Below are positions 1-8,444 of a stretch of 64,000 bases of DNA, in pieces; within the stretch, counting starts at the first letter, position 1; each line of letters opens with the position of its first letter. The position numbers were made by a program, and so were the translations under genes. The DNA is taken from assembly GCA_001817065.1 (NCBI GenBank), contig MHHQ01000009.1, positions 16,211 to 80,210 of the forward strand, written 5' to 3'. The notes below the pieces were generated by a model. The model was not told the DNA's origin and ran no database searches. It was given only the letters and a program-made list of their open reading frames with translations. The stretch comes from Candidatus Andersenbacteria bacterium RIFCSPHIGHO2_02_FULL_46_16. GTDB taxonomy: Bacteria; Patescibacteriota; Andersenbacteria; UBA10190.

Positions 1-38
1 AACGAGATCTGGTCAAGTTATTTATTTACGGCGCCTAA
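1..38. repeat. Partial copy of MITE family 3 (terminal segment), truncated by the window edge
   Basis: Positions 1-35 (aacgagatctggtcaagttatttatttacggcgcc) closely match the terminal ~35 nt of the copy at 60335-60376 (gaacgagatctggccaagttatttttggatggcgcc). Confidence 0.4.
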
Positions 39-42
39 TCGT

Positions 43-570
43 ATGCTTTACACTGGTCGCGGTGATGACGGAACCACGACTTTGTACGGAGGCAAGAAGA
101 GAATTGGCAAAGACAGTAAGATAATAGGCGCATTGGGTAGCGTCGATGAGACTAATTCTTTTGTTGGTTGGTGTAAGGCGGAGGCTTGCGAGGAGGAGAT
201 GAAGCAGGTGTTGGAAGCGGCCCAACAAGTATTATTTGTGCTGCAAGCAGAGATAGCGGGATCGGATAAAACGGTTCGAGTTAGGGATGTGCAACGGATG
301 GAAAAAGATATAAAAAAGTTTAGTGCTGAACTGGCACCTATTAAGGGGTTTGTCTTAGCTGGAGAAACTAAGAGAGCGGCTATGCTGGATGTGGCACGCA
401 CAATAGCACGTCGAGCTGAACGATGTATTAATAAGGGACTGAACGAAGGGGAACTTAAAATTGGGGAGGCGGCTTTAGCCTATTTAAATAGACTATCCAG
501 TCTGTTGTATGTGTTGGCCAGAGTGACTAACGTGCGGGCACGAAAGAAGGAAAAGCCACCCAAGTATTAA
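43..570 (+). CDS. ATP:cob(I)alamin adenosyltransferase, PduO-type
   Basis: N-terminal YTGRGDDGTTTL motif and overall length/helical pattern are typical of PduO/MMAB-type adenosyltransferases. Confidence 0.8.
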   Translation: MLYTGRGDDGTTTLYGGKKRIGKDSKIIGALGSVDETNSFVGWCKAEACEEEMKQVLEAAQQVLFVLQAEIAGSDKTVRVRDVQRMEKDIKKFSAELAPIKGFVLAGETKRAAMLDVARTIARRAERCINKGLNEGELKIGEAALAYLNRLSSLLYVLARVTNVRARKKEKPPKY

Positions 571-583
571 GGGTGAGGCGAGT

Positions 584-1216
584 TTAGTGCTCGTCGTACT
601 CGAGAGAAAAGTCCAGCGCTTCTTCAATGGCGCCTTTAAGTTGAGAGGGGTAATCGATAATTGATTGCGGGTTGCCTTGTTTAAGGAGAGACTCGTTGTG
701 ATAACCCCAGGTGACGCCGATACAAGGAATAAGCACCTGCTGTGCTTCCATAATATCACCTAAGGTGTCGGTAATGAAAACGCATTCAGTCGGCTGAACC
801 TGGTAATGCTGCAGGAGAAGCGAAAATTTGTCTGACTTTAAGTTGGGAAAGTCATTGGAAAAAATCGCGCTAAAATAGCGAGCTAGGTGATGTTTTTGCA
901 GGTATTGCTTAATGGGCGGACTAGTGGTGGAGGAGACCAGAATAGTGGTGAAATTAGCACCGATGAATTCTAGAGCATCCGCCATGCCGGCAATTAGCGG
1001 CCGGTCAATGATACCTTTGGAATATTCAGTAAAGAAATCAAAACCAGCGTGGGATAATTTCTGCAGCATATCCGCTCGGGAACTATCACGAGCAAATCTT
1101 TGGCGAAAAGATTGTTCTGACTCCTGGGGGTTTATCCGAGAGACGATATCGAAACAGAGGCGAAAAGAATCAACGATTACTCCGTCGAAATCTATTAAGA
1201 CAAATTCTGATTGCAT
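584..1216 (-). CDS. HAD-superfamily hydrolase (phosphatase-like)
   Basis: N-terminal LIDFDGVIVDS (DxDG/T motif I of HAD fold), 210 aa. Confidence 0.75.
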   Translation of the reverse strand: MQSEFVLIDFDGVIVDSFRLCFDIVSRINPQESEQSFRQRFARDSSRADMLQKLSHAGFDFFTEYSKGIIDRPLIAGMADALEFIGANFTTILVSSTTSPPIKQYLQKHHLARYFSAIFSNDFPNLKSDKFSLLLQHYQVQPTECVFITDTLGDIMEAQQVLIPCIGVTWGYHNESLLKQGNPQSIIDYPSQLKGAIEEALDFSLEYDEH

Positions 1217-1343
1217 GGTCTTTGATTGTAATATTTACGTGAAAAGCAACTCGAGGGTGGTTGTATTATAAGATAGATTGGTCATAGATAGAACAAACGC
1301 CCGAGTAGAAACTGGGGCGTTTGCTGACAACTAAAAAATTCGG

Positions 1344-1481
1344 CTAGACAGTTGTCTCTGCCTCATCGCCCTCTGCCGGAGTTTCCGTTGGAGTTTCTTC
1401 GGCTGGAACAGCCGGGGTCTCTTCTGGAGTTTCTTCGGTTGGAGCTACCGGGGTTTCTTCTGGCATTGTTTCATCATCCAT
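1344..1481 (-). CDS. Small (45 aa) acidic Pro/Glu/Thr-repeat protein, hypothetical
   Basis: ATG at 1481 (minus) preceded by a strong SD (aagaggaggtgatc). Translation MDDETMPEETPVAPTEETPEETPAVPAEETPTETPAEGDEAETTV with repeated EETPxxP units. Below the ORF-track length cutoff. Confidence 0.4.
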   Translation of the reverse strand: MDDETMPEETPVAPTEETPEETPAVPAEETPTETPAEGDEAETTV

Positions 1482-1588
1482 AAAAGATCACCTCCTCTTG
1501 AGTAAGATAAGTTATTACTAATATTTGCTGATCCTTATCAGCATTAAACTAAGTCTAAAGGTAAATAATAATTTATACAATGAAGTTT

Positions 1589-2599
1589 TTAGTTGGCGGC
1601 AGTTATAGCTTGCATGTTTCGCAGCATTAAGTCGATGTAGCTATCGTGAGGATCAATGCCACCGGTTGGATCAATGGTCATAATTTTTAACTCAAATTCC
1701 TGCTGCATTAGACGGATACCGGCAGAGGTTGTTTTTTGCGGCTCGGTGTAGAAAGATTTTATCTGGTACTGCTGGATTAGCTGTTGCAGTCGTTGCAGAT
1801 CATTGATGGTAGGGGTGCGACCTTCCAACGGTTCATAAGTAGCGACTAGGGAGAGACCATAATGTTGCGCAAAATATGACCAGGCATCATGCACGGCAAT
1901 AAAGTTACGCTGGGTGGCTTGGGAAGCTAACTGTTGGAGTTCCTGTTCCAGCTGGTCGAGCGAGCGGAGGTAATTGGTAAGATTGGTTTGATAATCGGTG
2001 GTGTTGGTAGGATCGATGCGGATTAGTTCTTGGGCGATGGTGGACGCGATAGCCTGTGCATTGGGTACTGTTAACCAATAATGCGGATCTTCGTTGGAAC
2101 TTTCGTGATCGGAATCGGTTTGATCAGAGTTCTCGAGATTGGGGCCAAATTCACGCAGAGTAATGTTTTGATCGACTATGATGGTTGAGTAAGGCAAGGT
2201 CTTAAAAGCAGAATTGACGCCTCGTTCATCGCCAATGGCTTTAAGGGTGGCGTCAGTAACGCGTTGGTCTAAACCATGTCCGATGGCAAAGGTGGTTACC
2301 ACGTATGTTAATTGTCGGATTTGCTGGGGGGTCAGGTTAAATGAGTGGGCAGTGGAGTTGCTGGGAATTAATTGAACGACTTGGGCATGCGGTCCAGCAA
2401 TTTGTCGCGTGATATCGGCTAAAGGAAAAATAGTAGCGGCAACAACTAATTGATCGGGAGGAGGGGATGGGGGGCGAGTCAAAATTATGCCGGCTAACAA
2501 GGCAAAGGCAACTAGGATTATGAAAAACAAGAGGATAACAAATTCTTTATTCATAAAGTGTTTGATGGGGTAAAAATAAGTTAGCGAAAAATTTCCCAA
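1589..2599 (-). CDS. Metal ABC transporter substrate-binding protein (ZnuA/TroA family)
   Basis: N-terminal TM anchor. HDAWSYFAQHYGL-type motif and His/Asp/Glu-rich loop typical of cluster A-I metal-binding SBPs. Alternative start at 2554 (MNKEF...). Confidence 0.75.
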   Translation of the reverse strand: MGNFSLTYFYPIKHFMNKEFVILLFFIILVAFALLAGIILTRPPSPPPDQLVVAATIFPLADITRQIAGPHAQVVQLIPSNSTAHSFNLTPQQIRQLTYVVTTFAIGHGLDQRVTDATLKAIGDERGVNSAFKTLPYSTIIVDQNITLREFGPNLENSDQTDSDHESSNEDPHYWLTVPNAQAIASTIAQELIRIDPTNTTDYQTNLTNYLRSLDQLEQELQQLASQATQRNFIAVHDAWSYFAQHYGLSLVATYEPLEGRTPTINDLQRLQQLIQQYQIKSFYTEPQKTTSAGIRLMQQEFELKIMTIDPTGGIDPHDSYIDLMLRNMQAITAAN

Positions 2600-2703
2600 C
2601 TAAAAGGATGGATAGTGACAGTATACAACAATAAGGATGTTATCAGGGGGGCGTGAAAAAGGAGGCGCCTAAGCATGCGATGATTAATCGAGAGTGGTTG
2701 TTA

Positions 2704-4047
2704 TCAATGAGATAAGGAATGGCCGGCTGTGTCTTGAGGACGTGGGCGTACCCAACCGCGCAGCAACATAGATTGCTGGAGGCGCCTAATGGCAAGGGCG
2801 TAAGCGGCTTGGCGAAGATTACCGGATGGTGATTGCTCGCTTAGAACATCCCGAGTCGATTCCTGCATTTTCTGTCTTAGTTTAGAGTTGATGGCTTTTT
2901 CGCTCCAGTACAAATTCTGAATGTTTTGCGTCCATTCGTAATAACTAACAGTGACTCCGCCAGCATTGGCTAGAATGTCAGGAATGACGGGGATTTTTTT
3001 CTGATCAAGGATGTCTTGAGCGGCGGGGGTCGTTGGCCCATTAGCGAGTTCTAATATGAGCCGGGCTTGAATTTGCGCCGCGTTGTCCGCAGTAATTTGG
3101 TTTTCGATCGCGGCGGGTACTAGTACATCTACTTTAAGTTCAAGGAGTTCCTGGTTGGAAATTTGCTGGCAGCTATCATCAGCGGAAGAACCAGCTTGTT
3201 CAACAGACAGTTTGGGGTAGCAGAGATTGCGATCTAGTTTACCACCGTGCTGGATAGCCTTGATAACAGATGGGATGTCAAGGCCTTGAGGGTGGTAGAT
3301 ACCACCCTCGGCATCAGAAATAGCCACGACTTTGAAACCAGACTGATCGGCTAAGCAAGCAAAATTTGATCCCACATTCCCGAACCCTTGAACGGCTATG
3401 GTTAGATTAGACTGGGTTTGTTTGGTTTGCGCGAGGTATTCTTGCAGAACAGTTAATCCACCCAGGCCAGTGGCGGCTTCGCGACCTAAGCTGCCACCTA
3501 GGGCAATGGGTTTGCCGGTAAAGGTAGCGGTGATGTGTTCGTGATGGTTATTGAGACGGGAATATTCATCGGTAAACCAAGCCATGATTTGTGAATTTGT
3601 ATTAACGTCAGGAGCAGGAATGTCATTAGTAGGGCCGATATTATTACCCAGCTGAGCGATGTAACGGCGGGCTAGACGCTGCAACTCGCGGTCACTTAAT
3701 TGCTGGGGATCGATAGTGATACCTCCCTTAGCACCTCCGAAGGGTATGTTAACAACAGCTGTTTTTAGTGTCATCCAGGCAGCCAATGCCTTCATTTCGT
3801 CTAAATCTACATTGGGATGAAATCTAACACCGCCCTTATAGGGGCCGCGTGCGTTGTTGTGTTGAACGCGGTAGCCTTGATAGATAGCAATCTCACCAGT
3901 GTCTTTTTCGATCGGCAACTCAACCTCAATCACTTTTTGTGGTACGGAAAGAAGGGCAATGATGTCAGGGTGAGCATCAATTGATCGTCCCACTTGCTCC
4001 AAGGTGGAAGTGAAACTAAAGAAAGGTGAATTTTTTTTCTTAGACAT
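2704..4047 (-). CDS. gdhA: Glutamate dehydrogenase (Glu/Leu/Phe/Val dehydrogenase family)
   Basis: KGGVRFHP and GGAKGG motifs plus an NAD(P)-binding GFGNVG region. 447 aa. Confidence 0.9.
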   Translation of the reverse strand: MSKKKNSPFFSFTSTLEQVGRSIDAHPDIIALLSVPQKVIEVELPIEKDTGEIAIYQGYRVQHNNARGPYKGGVRFHPNVDLDEMKALAAWMTLKTAVVNIPFGGAKGGITIDPQQLSDRELQRLARRYIAQLGNNIGPTNDIPAPDVNTNSQIMAWFTDEYSRLNNHHEHITATFTGKPIALGGSLGREAATGLGGLTVLQEYLAQTKQTQSNLTIAVQGFGNVGSNFACLADQSGFKVVAISDAEGGIYHPQGLDIPSVIKAIQHGGKLDRNLCYPKLSVEQAGSSADDSCQQISNQELLELKVDVLVPAAIENQITADNAAQIQARLILELANGPTTPAAQDILDQKKIPVIPDILANAGGVTVSYYEWTQNIQNLYWSEKAINSKLRQKMQESTRDVLSEQSPSGNLRQAAYALAIRRLQQSMLLRGWVRPRPQDTAGHSLSH

Positions 4048-4077
4048 GGATAATGTTTAAATATAAAATCAATAGTG

Positions 4078-4106
4078 TTGACAAGTGTTTTATGATGGAT
4101 AATGAT
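4078..4106 (+). promoter_or_regulatory. Candidate sigma-70-like promoter in the divergent gdhA/arsR intergenic region
   Basis: TTGACA at 4078-4083 followed by AT-rich -10-like hexamers (gataat/aatgat) at 14-17 nt spacing. Weak, by-eye only. Confidence 0.2.
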
Positions 4107-4145
4107 TATTAAGTGATTGCTTAATCTATTAATAAATGTAGTAGG

Positions 4146-4487
4146 ATGTTAACTAAGAAGCAAGCCGAGATTATAAAGAATGATGTCAGCAAGGGCAGTG
4201 TACAGTTGGCAGTTATGTTGAATGCTTTGAGTGATACTGGCCGGTTAAAAATCTTTCGGTTGTTGACAAAGTACGAAGACTTGTGCGTAACTGATCTGGC
4301 CAATGTTTTAGAGGTTTCCGTACCGGCAGCATCACAAGGGCTTCGAATTATGGAATTGAGTGGATTGGTTAAAAAAGAACGACGTGGACAGATGATTTGC
4401 TATGTTGTAGCTAGAGATATGCCATTGGTTCGTGCGCTGCAGCGGATCGTAACAGGAGTACATGTGACCGCGAAGGATAGTAGGTAA
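4146..4487 (+). CDS. ArsR/SmtB-family HTH transcriptional regulator
   Basis: 113 aa. The LKIFRLL...CVTDLANVLEVSVPAASQGLRIM segment matches the ArsR winged-helix recognition region. Confidence 0.65.
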   Translation: MLTKKQAEIIKNDVSKGSVQLAVMLNALSDTGRLKIFRLLTKYEDLCVTDLANVLEVSVPAASQGLRIMELSGLVKKERRGQMICYVVARDMPLVRALQRIVTGVHVTAKDSR

Positions 4488-4512
4488 TAGTTTATCATTA
4501 AATATATAACTT

Positions 4513-4746
4513 ATGCCAAATGTAGTAATTTATACAACACCAACCTGCGGATATTGTCATCTCGCCAAAGCTTATTTCGCTGAGAATAATATTGCCTATG
4601 AGGAAAAAAATGTAGCGACAGATCTAGTGGCGCGGGAGGAAATGATGAAAAAGACACAACAGAGCGGAGTGCCAGTCATTAATATTGACGGAGACTCAGT
4701 AATTGGTTTTGATCAGCAGAAGATTGCGCAATTATTAGGTATATAG
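4513..4746 (+). CDS. Glutaredoxin-like protein (YruB/NrdH-like thioredoxin fold)
   Basis: 77 aa. TCGYCHLAK (CxxC) near the N-terminus, and VPVINIDGDSVIGFD typical of glutaredoxin-like proteins. Confidence 0.75.
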   Translation: MPNVVIYTTPTCGYCHLAKAYFAENNIAYEEKNVATDLVAREEMMKKTQQSGVPVINIDGDSVIGFDQQKIAQLLGI

Positions 4747-4857
4747 AGATATAATTAGTTGTGAGGTTGGGGGGATAGATGTTTTATCCTTGACTTGTAA
4801 CAGTAAGCTGGTCATAAAGTAGCGAAAGGTTTAAAAGTAATATGTTTATAGTTTGGT

Positions 4858-5628
4858 ATGGATGAGCAAATAGAGAATAGCGGGATTGTGGAAGAAAACA
4901 AAGCTGTGAAAAAGGTGGAAAGAAAGCGACAACGGCGAGAGGAAAAACAACGGTTAAGAGCAAACGAGGTGCAAAAGCAACGGATTAAACGGGCGGTGGT
5001 GTGGGGTCTGGTGGCATTGGGGCTCGCCGGTATTATTTTCTTGGCCGTCAATTTGAGTGGGGAGCAACCAGGCAGTACCGGGGCGGCAGTCGAGGGGATG
5101 CAAATTAGGGCAGATGATTGGATTAAAGGTAATCCAGCAGCGAAGGTTGTCTTGGTGGAATATGCTGATTTTCAGTGCCCAGCGTGTGCTATTTTCAGCA
5201 AGGTGGTAGAAAAATTAAGCAGTTCTTATGGTGATCGGGTGGAGTTTGTCTACCGCCAATTTCCTCTTAAGCAAATTCATCGCAATGCCGAGATAGCAGC
5301 TTATGCGGCTGAAGCAGCGGGTAAACAAGATAAGTTTTGGGAGATGCATGATATATTATATGAGCGGCAGAGTGATTGGTCGGAGAGTGACGAAGCTCGG
5401 AAATTGTTTACAGATTATGCGACAACACTATATTTGGATTTAGGGCGATTTCAGGCAGATAGTGAAGCTAAGGAGATTCAGGAAAAGATTAATGCTTCCT
5501 ATGCAGAGGCAGTCGGGTTAGGTTTGACCTCAACGCCGTCGTTTATATTAAATGGCAAAAAGATTGAAGCTCGGTCTTATGAACAACTTGAACAGCTTAT
5601 CAGACAAGAGTTGGGAGAAGGGACCTAG
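4858..5628 (+). CDS. DsbA-family thiol:disulfide oxidoreductase, membrane-anchored
   Basis: N-terminal Lys/Arg-rich region plus a TM helix. FQCPACAIF CxxC active site. Thioredoxin-fold length. Confidence 0.8.
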   Translation: MDEQIENSGIVEENKAVKKVERKRQRREEKQRLRANEVQKQRIKRAVVWGLVALGLAGIIFLAVNLSGEQPGSTGAAVEGMQIRADDWIKGNPAAKVVLVEYADFQCPACAIFSKVVEKLSSSYGDRVEFVYRQFPLKQIHRNAEIAAYAAEAAGKQDKFWEMHDILYERQSDWSESDEARKLFTDYATTLYLDLGRFQADSEAKEIQEKINASYAEAVGLGLTSTPSFILNGKKIEARSYEQLEQLIRQELGEGT

Positions 5629-5635
5629 CTGGTTA

Positions 5636-6037
5636 GTGGGTGGACAGATTGGGTTGGCGGTGATCGGTTTGTTTTTGGCTACGTTCTTAGCGGCAGAATA
5701 TTTGCGGGGTGCGTGGCCGCCTTGTTCTCTAACTGACGGGTGTCAGACAGTGCTGGGAAGCAAGTATGCCCAGATTGGTCCAGTACCGACGGCTTCGTTG
5801 GGAATTATTTATTATCTGCTGTTAGTAATACTGGGGGTGGCGTACCTACAGGGGAAGCGATTGAGGTGGCTTCATTTATCACTGCGGCTAACAGTGGTGG
5901 GAGCAATGGTGTCGTTTTATTTAGTTTATTTGCAGCTGTTTGTAATCAAAGCAATCTGTCCCTACTGTATGTTATCGGCGGCTCTGTGTTTTTTGCTGCT
6001 GGGAATTGACTTGATTGTTTGGCGGCGATATTTATAA
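5636..6037 (+). CDS. Vitamin K epoxide reductase (VKOR) family protein (DsbB functional substitute)
   Basis: Loop Cys pair (CSLTDGC), a TM4 CPYC motif and four or more TM helices. Lies directly downstream of DsbA in a different frame. Start is ambiguous (GTG 5636 or TTG 5633; the ORF track's ATG 5552 overlaps DsbA). Confidence 0.7.
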   Translation: MGGQIGLAVIGLFLATFLAAEYLRGAWPPCSLTDGCQTVLGSKYAQIGPVPTASLGIIYYLLLVILGVAYLQGKRLRWLHLSLRLTVVGAMVSFYLVYLQLFVIKAICPYCMLSAALCFLLLGIDLIVWRRYL

Positions 6038-6080
6038 AACACTCACAATATTCTGATTTAGATGGTTTTGAACTGGTGAT

Positions 6081-6129
6081 CCCACTGTGCAGAAAACCAC
6101 CCCGCCGCAGGCGGGGTGGGGGCTCCATT
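6081..6129 (+). repeat. Family-1 GC-rich element, short 'solo hairpin' copy
   Basis: gtgcagaaaaccaccccgccgcaggcggggtgggggctccat. Shares the 5' (gcagaaaacc) and 3' (ggggctccat) termini of the long copies at 7209 and 26478, and contains a perfect 10-bp hairpin. Confidence 0.5.
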
Positions 6130-6181
6130 AGATAATTTTAGCAGCAACGGAGCGGAAATTAGTCAGGCTGGTGATGGGGGA

Positions 6182-7042
6182 TCACTTGATTGAGTCTTTA
6201 ACTAACGCTAACGCACCATAAAATGCTCGATCGTCGCCGAGTGTGGCTGGTTTGATGACGGGTGGGGTGGGTATGAAAGAAGTAAGATTGGTGGTCGCTT
6301 TGATAACCTGACCTAGGGGGATGTCTCTCATCATGGGTCCACCCAGGACTATAACAGAAGGGGACCATAAGAAAGTGATATTGGTTAAACCGTAAGCGAG
6401 CCACTCAGCTAGTGATGACCATACTTGCGGATCCTTAATGGCTTTGGGGTGGCAATTGAATCGTTTGGCGATACTGGCACCGCCGACTAAGTCTTCGAGT
6501 GAAGAAGGGCTATGGCAGTCGGGGCAGAGAGTACCGCTGGCATCGATAATGTGGAAGCCTGGCTCAAAGCCATACGAATTAGCATCAATCTTTTGATTGA
6601 CAATGCGTGCGCCGCCAACACCGGTGCTGATAGTTAAATAGGCAACAATATCGAAATCACGGCCAGCTCCACTGCAGGCCTCACCCAGGCCAGCGAGGGC
6701 AGAGTCATTGATAATGCGAACCGGAACCTGCGTCAGGTTCTCCAGCTCTTCTTGGATAGGATGACCGATCCAGTCGCTTAAATTTGGCGAGGCGGCTAAG
6801 CGACCCGTTTCTTTATTCATGGTTCCGGGCAAGCCAACAACGACACCTTGAATCGGCTGGTCAGCAACTAGAGGAAGGATTTGGGCGGAGAGGGCAGCGA
6901 TAGCTTCGGTAAAAATTGGCGGGGTAGGGCATTTAACAGGCGGGGTAAACGCATCTGGTGAAGACGTGGTGGTAATACGTGTGTTGGTGCCGCCAATATC
7001 AAGAAAGAGAAACATGAATGTAGTATAAAATTCAAATGACAA
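6182..7042 (-). CDS. ROK-family sugar kinase (glucokinase-like)
   Basis: N-terminal LFLDIGGTNTR ATP-binding motif, GLPG, and a CPDCH zinc-motif region typical of the ROK family. Confidence 0.7.
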   Translation of the reverse strand: MSFEFYTTFMFLFLDIGGTNTRITTTSSPDAFTPPVKCPTPPIFTEAIAALSAQILPLVADQPIQGVVVGLPGTMNKETGRLAASPNLSDWIGHPIQEELENLTQVPVRIINDSALAGLGEACSGAGRDFDIVAYLTISTGVGGARIVNQKIDANSYGFEPGFHIIDASGTLCPDCHSPSSLEDLVGGASIAKRFNCHPKAIKDPQVWSSLAEWLAYGLTNITFLWSPSVIVLGGPMMRDIPLGQVIKATTNLTSFIPTPPVIKPATLGDDRAFYGALALVKDSIK

Positions 7043-7208
7043 AGTTCAAATATTCTGAAGGGATTTCCTGGGGGTAAACTTTGATATAACGATAATAAAC
7101 TTAACAAACAGAAAGGACCAGAGTAGCACGATCCTTCAAACAACGAACTCTAAAGTGTAAATGTCAAAGTTCCCTCCTTCGCTCGATTAAAAGCTAAAGG
7201 AAATTTTA

Positions 7209-7428
7209 TTCCACGGTGCAGAAAACTACCCCGCTGGTGGTGGTTGAATCAGCTGTCGCCAATGCTTTGGCCGACAAGACAAGGTGCGAATGGGATAATC
7301 CCTCGCTGCCATTCAAAGCTCCGTGAGCAAGGGAGGGTAGCTCCGCCGATAGCGGAGCAAGTGAGATTGACAGTTGGCTGCTACGCGGGATTCCGCTCCC
7401 AGTCCAGGGGGCGGGATGGGGCTCCATG
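7209..7428 (+). repeat. Family-1 GC-rich structured element, long copy A (~220 nt)
   Basis: Shares termini and an internal core (ccattcaaagctccgtgag..., gctgctacgcgggattccgct...cagggggcgggatg) with the copy at 26478-26702. Three overlapping ORF-track ORFs here are judged spurious. Confidence 0.5.
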
Positions 7429-7557
7429 TAAGTAGTGTAACGATAGGCGGGATACCCTGAACGTGCGTACCTTGAACGTGCACTTGGACGGGCACTGCAC
7501 TTGTGTATTAAGTGAGCTTAGTTATAATGATTTGATAATTATTTATATATTTAATTT

Positions 7558-8307
7558 ATGACTGAAGATAAACTGACAACAGTTGCCGACACGCAATCAG
7601 CGGTGGGGGTGCCTGTAGCTATTGTTGTAGCAGGAGCGTTAATAGCGGGGGCGATTTATTTTAGTGGGTCGCCGATAGGAAAGGGAGGTACTAAAGAAGT
7701 TAATGAACCGACTGCAGCAGCGGTACAGCCAGCGGACGATGGACAGGTAGCGGGAGCGGTGGTGGGTGACTTAAGGGCAGTTGACGAAAAGGACCATGTT
7801 AGAGGATCAGCTAACGCTAAGGTCACAATAATTGAGTATTCCGACATTGAATGTCCATTCTGCAAAAGGTTTCATCCCACGCTAAGGAAAGTACTTGATA
7901 CCTATCCAAACGATGTAAGGTGGGTATATAGACATTTCCCGTTAGAGCAATTACATCCAAATGCTAAGGTGGCTGCTTTGGCAACGGAATGCGCGGCAGA
8001 ACAGGGTAAGTTCTGGGAAACATTGGATTACCTGCTGGAGAAGGTACAAACAGGAGAAGAGCTAGCCGAGGACAAATTACCCGCATTAGCCCAGAAGGCG
8101 GGGGTGGTCGGAGTAAGTCAGTTTACGACATGTTTGTCGTCAAAGAAATATGAAGCGAGAATTGCTAGTGATATACAGGATGCAGCTGTGGCGGGTGGAC
8201 AGGGGACACCTTATAGCGTGATCATCGGGCCTAATGGAGAGAAGGAGCCTTTGTCGGGAGCGCAGCCTTATGAGGCTGTTAAGGCCGCAGTAGACAAGTA
8301 TTTATAG
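7558..8307 (+). CDS. DsbA-like thioredoxin-domain protein, membrane-anchored
   Basis: N-terminal TM, an ECPFCKRFH CxxC motif, thioredoxin-fold length. Confidence 0.75.
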   Translation: MTEDKLTTVADTQSAVGVPVAIVVAGALIAGAIYFSGSPIGKGGTKEVNEPTAAAVQPADDGQVAGAVVGDLRAVDEKDHVRGSANAKVTIIEYSDIECPFCKRFHPTLRKVLDTYPNDVRWVYRHFPLEQLHPNAKVAALATECAAEQGKFWETLDYLLEKVQTGEELAEDKLPALAQKAGVVGVSQFTTCLSSKKYEARIASDIQDAAVAGGQGTPYSVIIGPNGEKEPLSGAQPYEAVKAAVDKYL

Positions 8308-8444
8308 CAGAAACTAAACAATTAAGGTGGGGCCGGTAAGCTGAAGCAGCATAAATAAATTAAGGGAAGTCAGTGACAGGCGGAGTGTTAGTGTGGTGTA
8401 AATTAGAGCCGAATGACTGGGGTGCTATGGTATAATGTTGAGTA

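Noticed and set aside
912-1271. ORF 912..1271 (+), antisense to the HAD hydrolase
   Set aside because: Entirely within a well-supported gene on the opposite strand.
7206-7495. Three overlapping ORFs (7206..7427 -, 7244..7435 +, 7313..7495 -) inside family-1 copy A
   Set aside because: High-GC repeat read in all frames. No coding signal.
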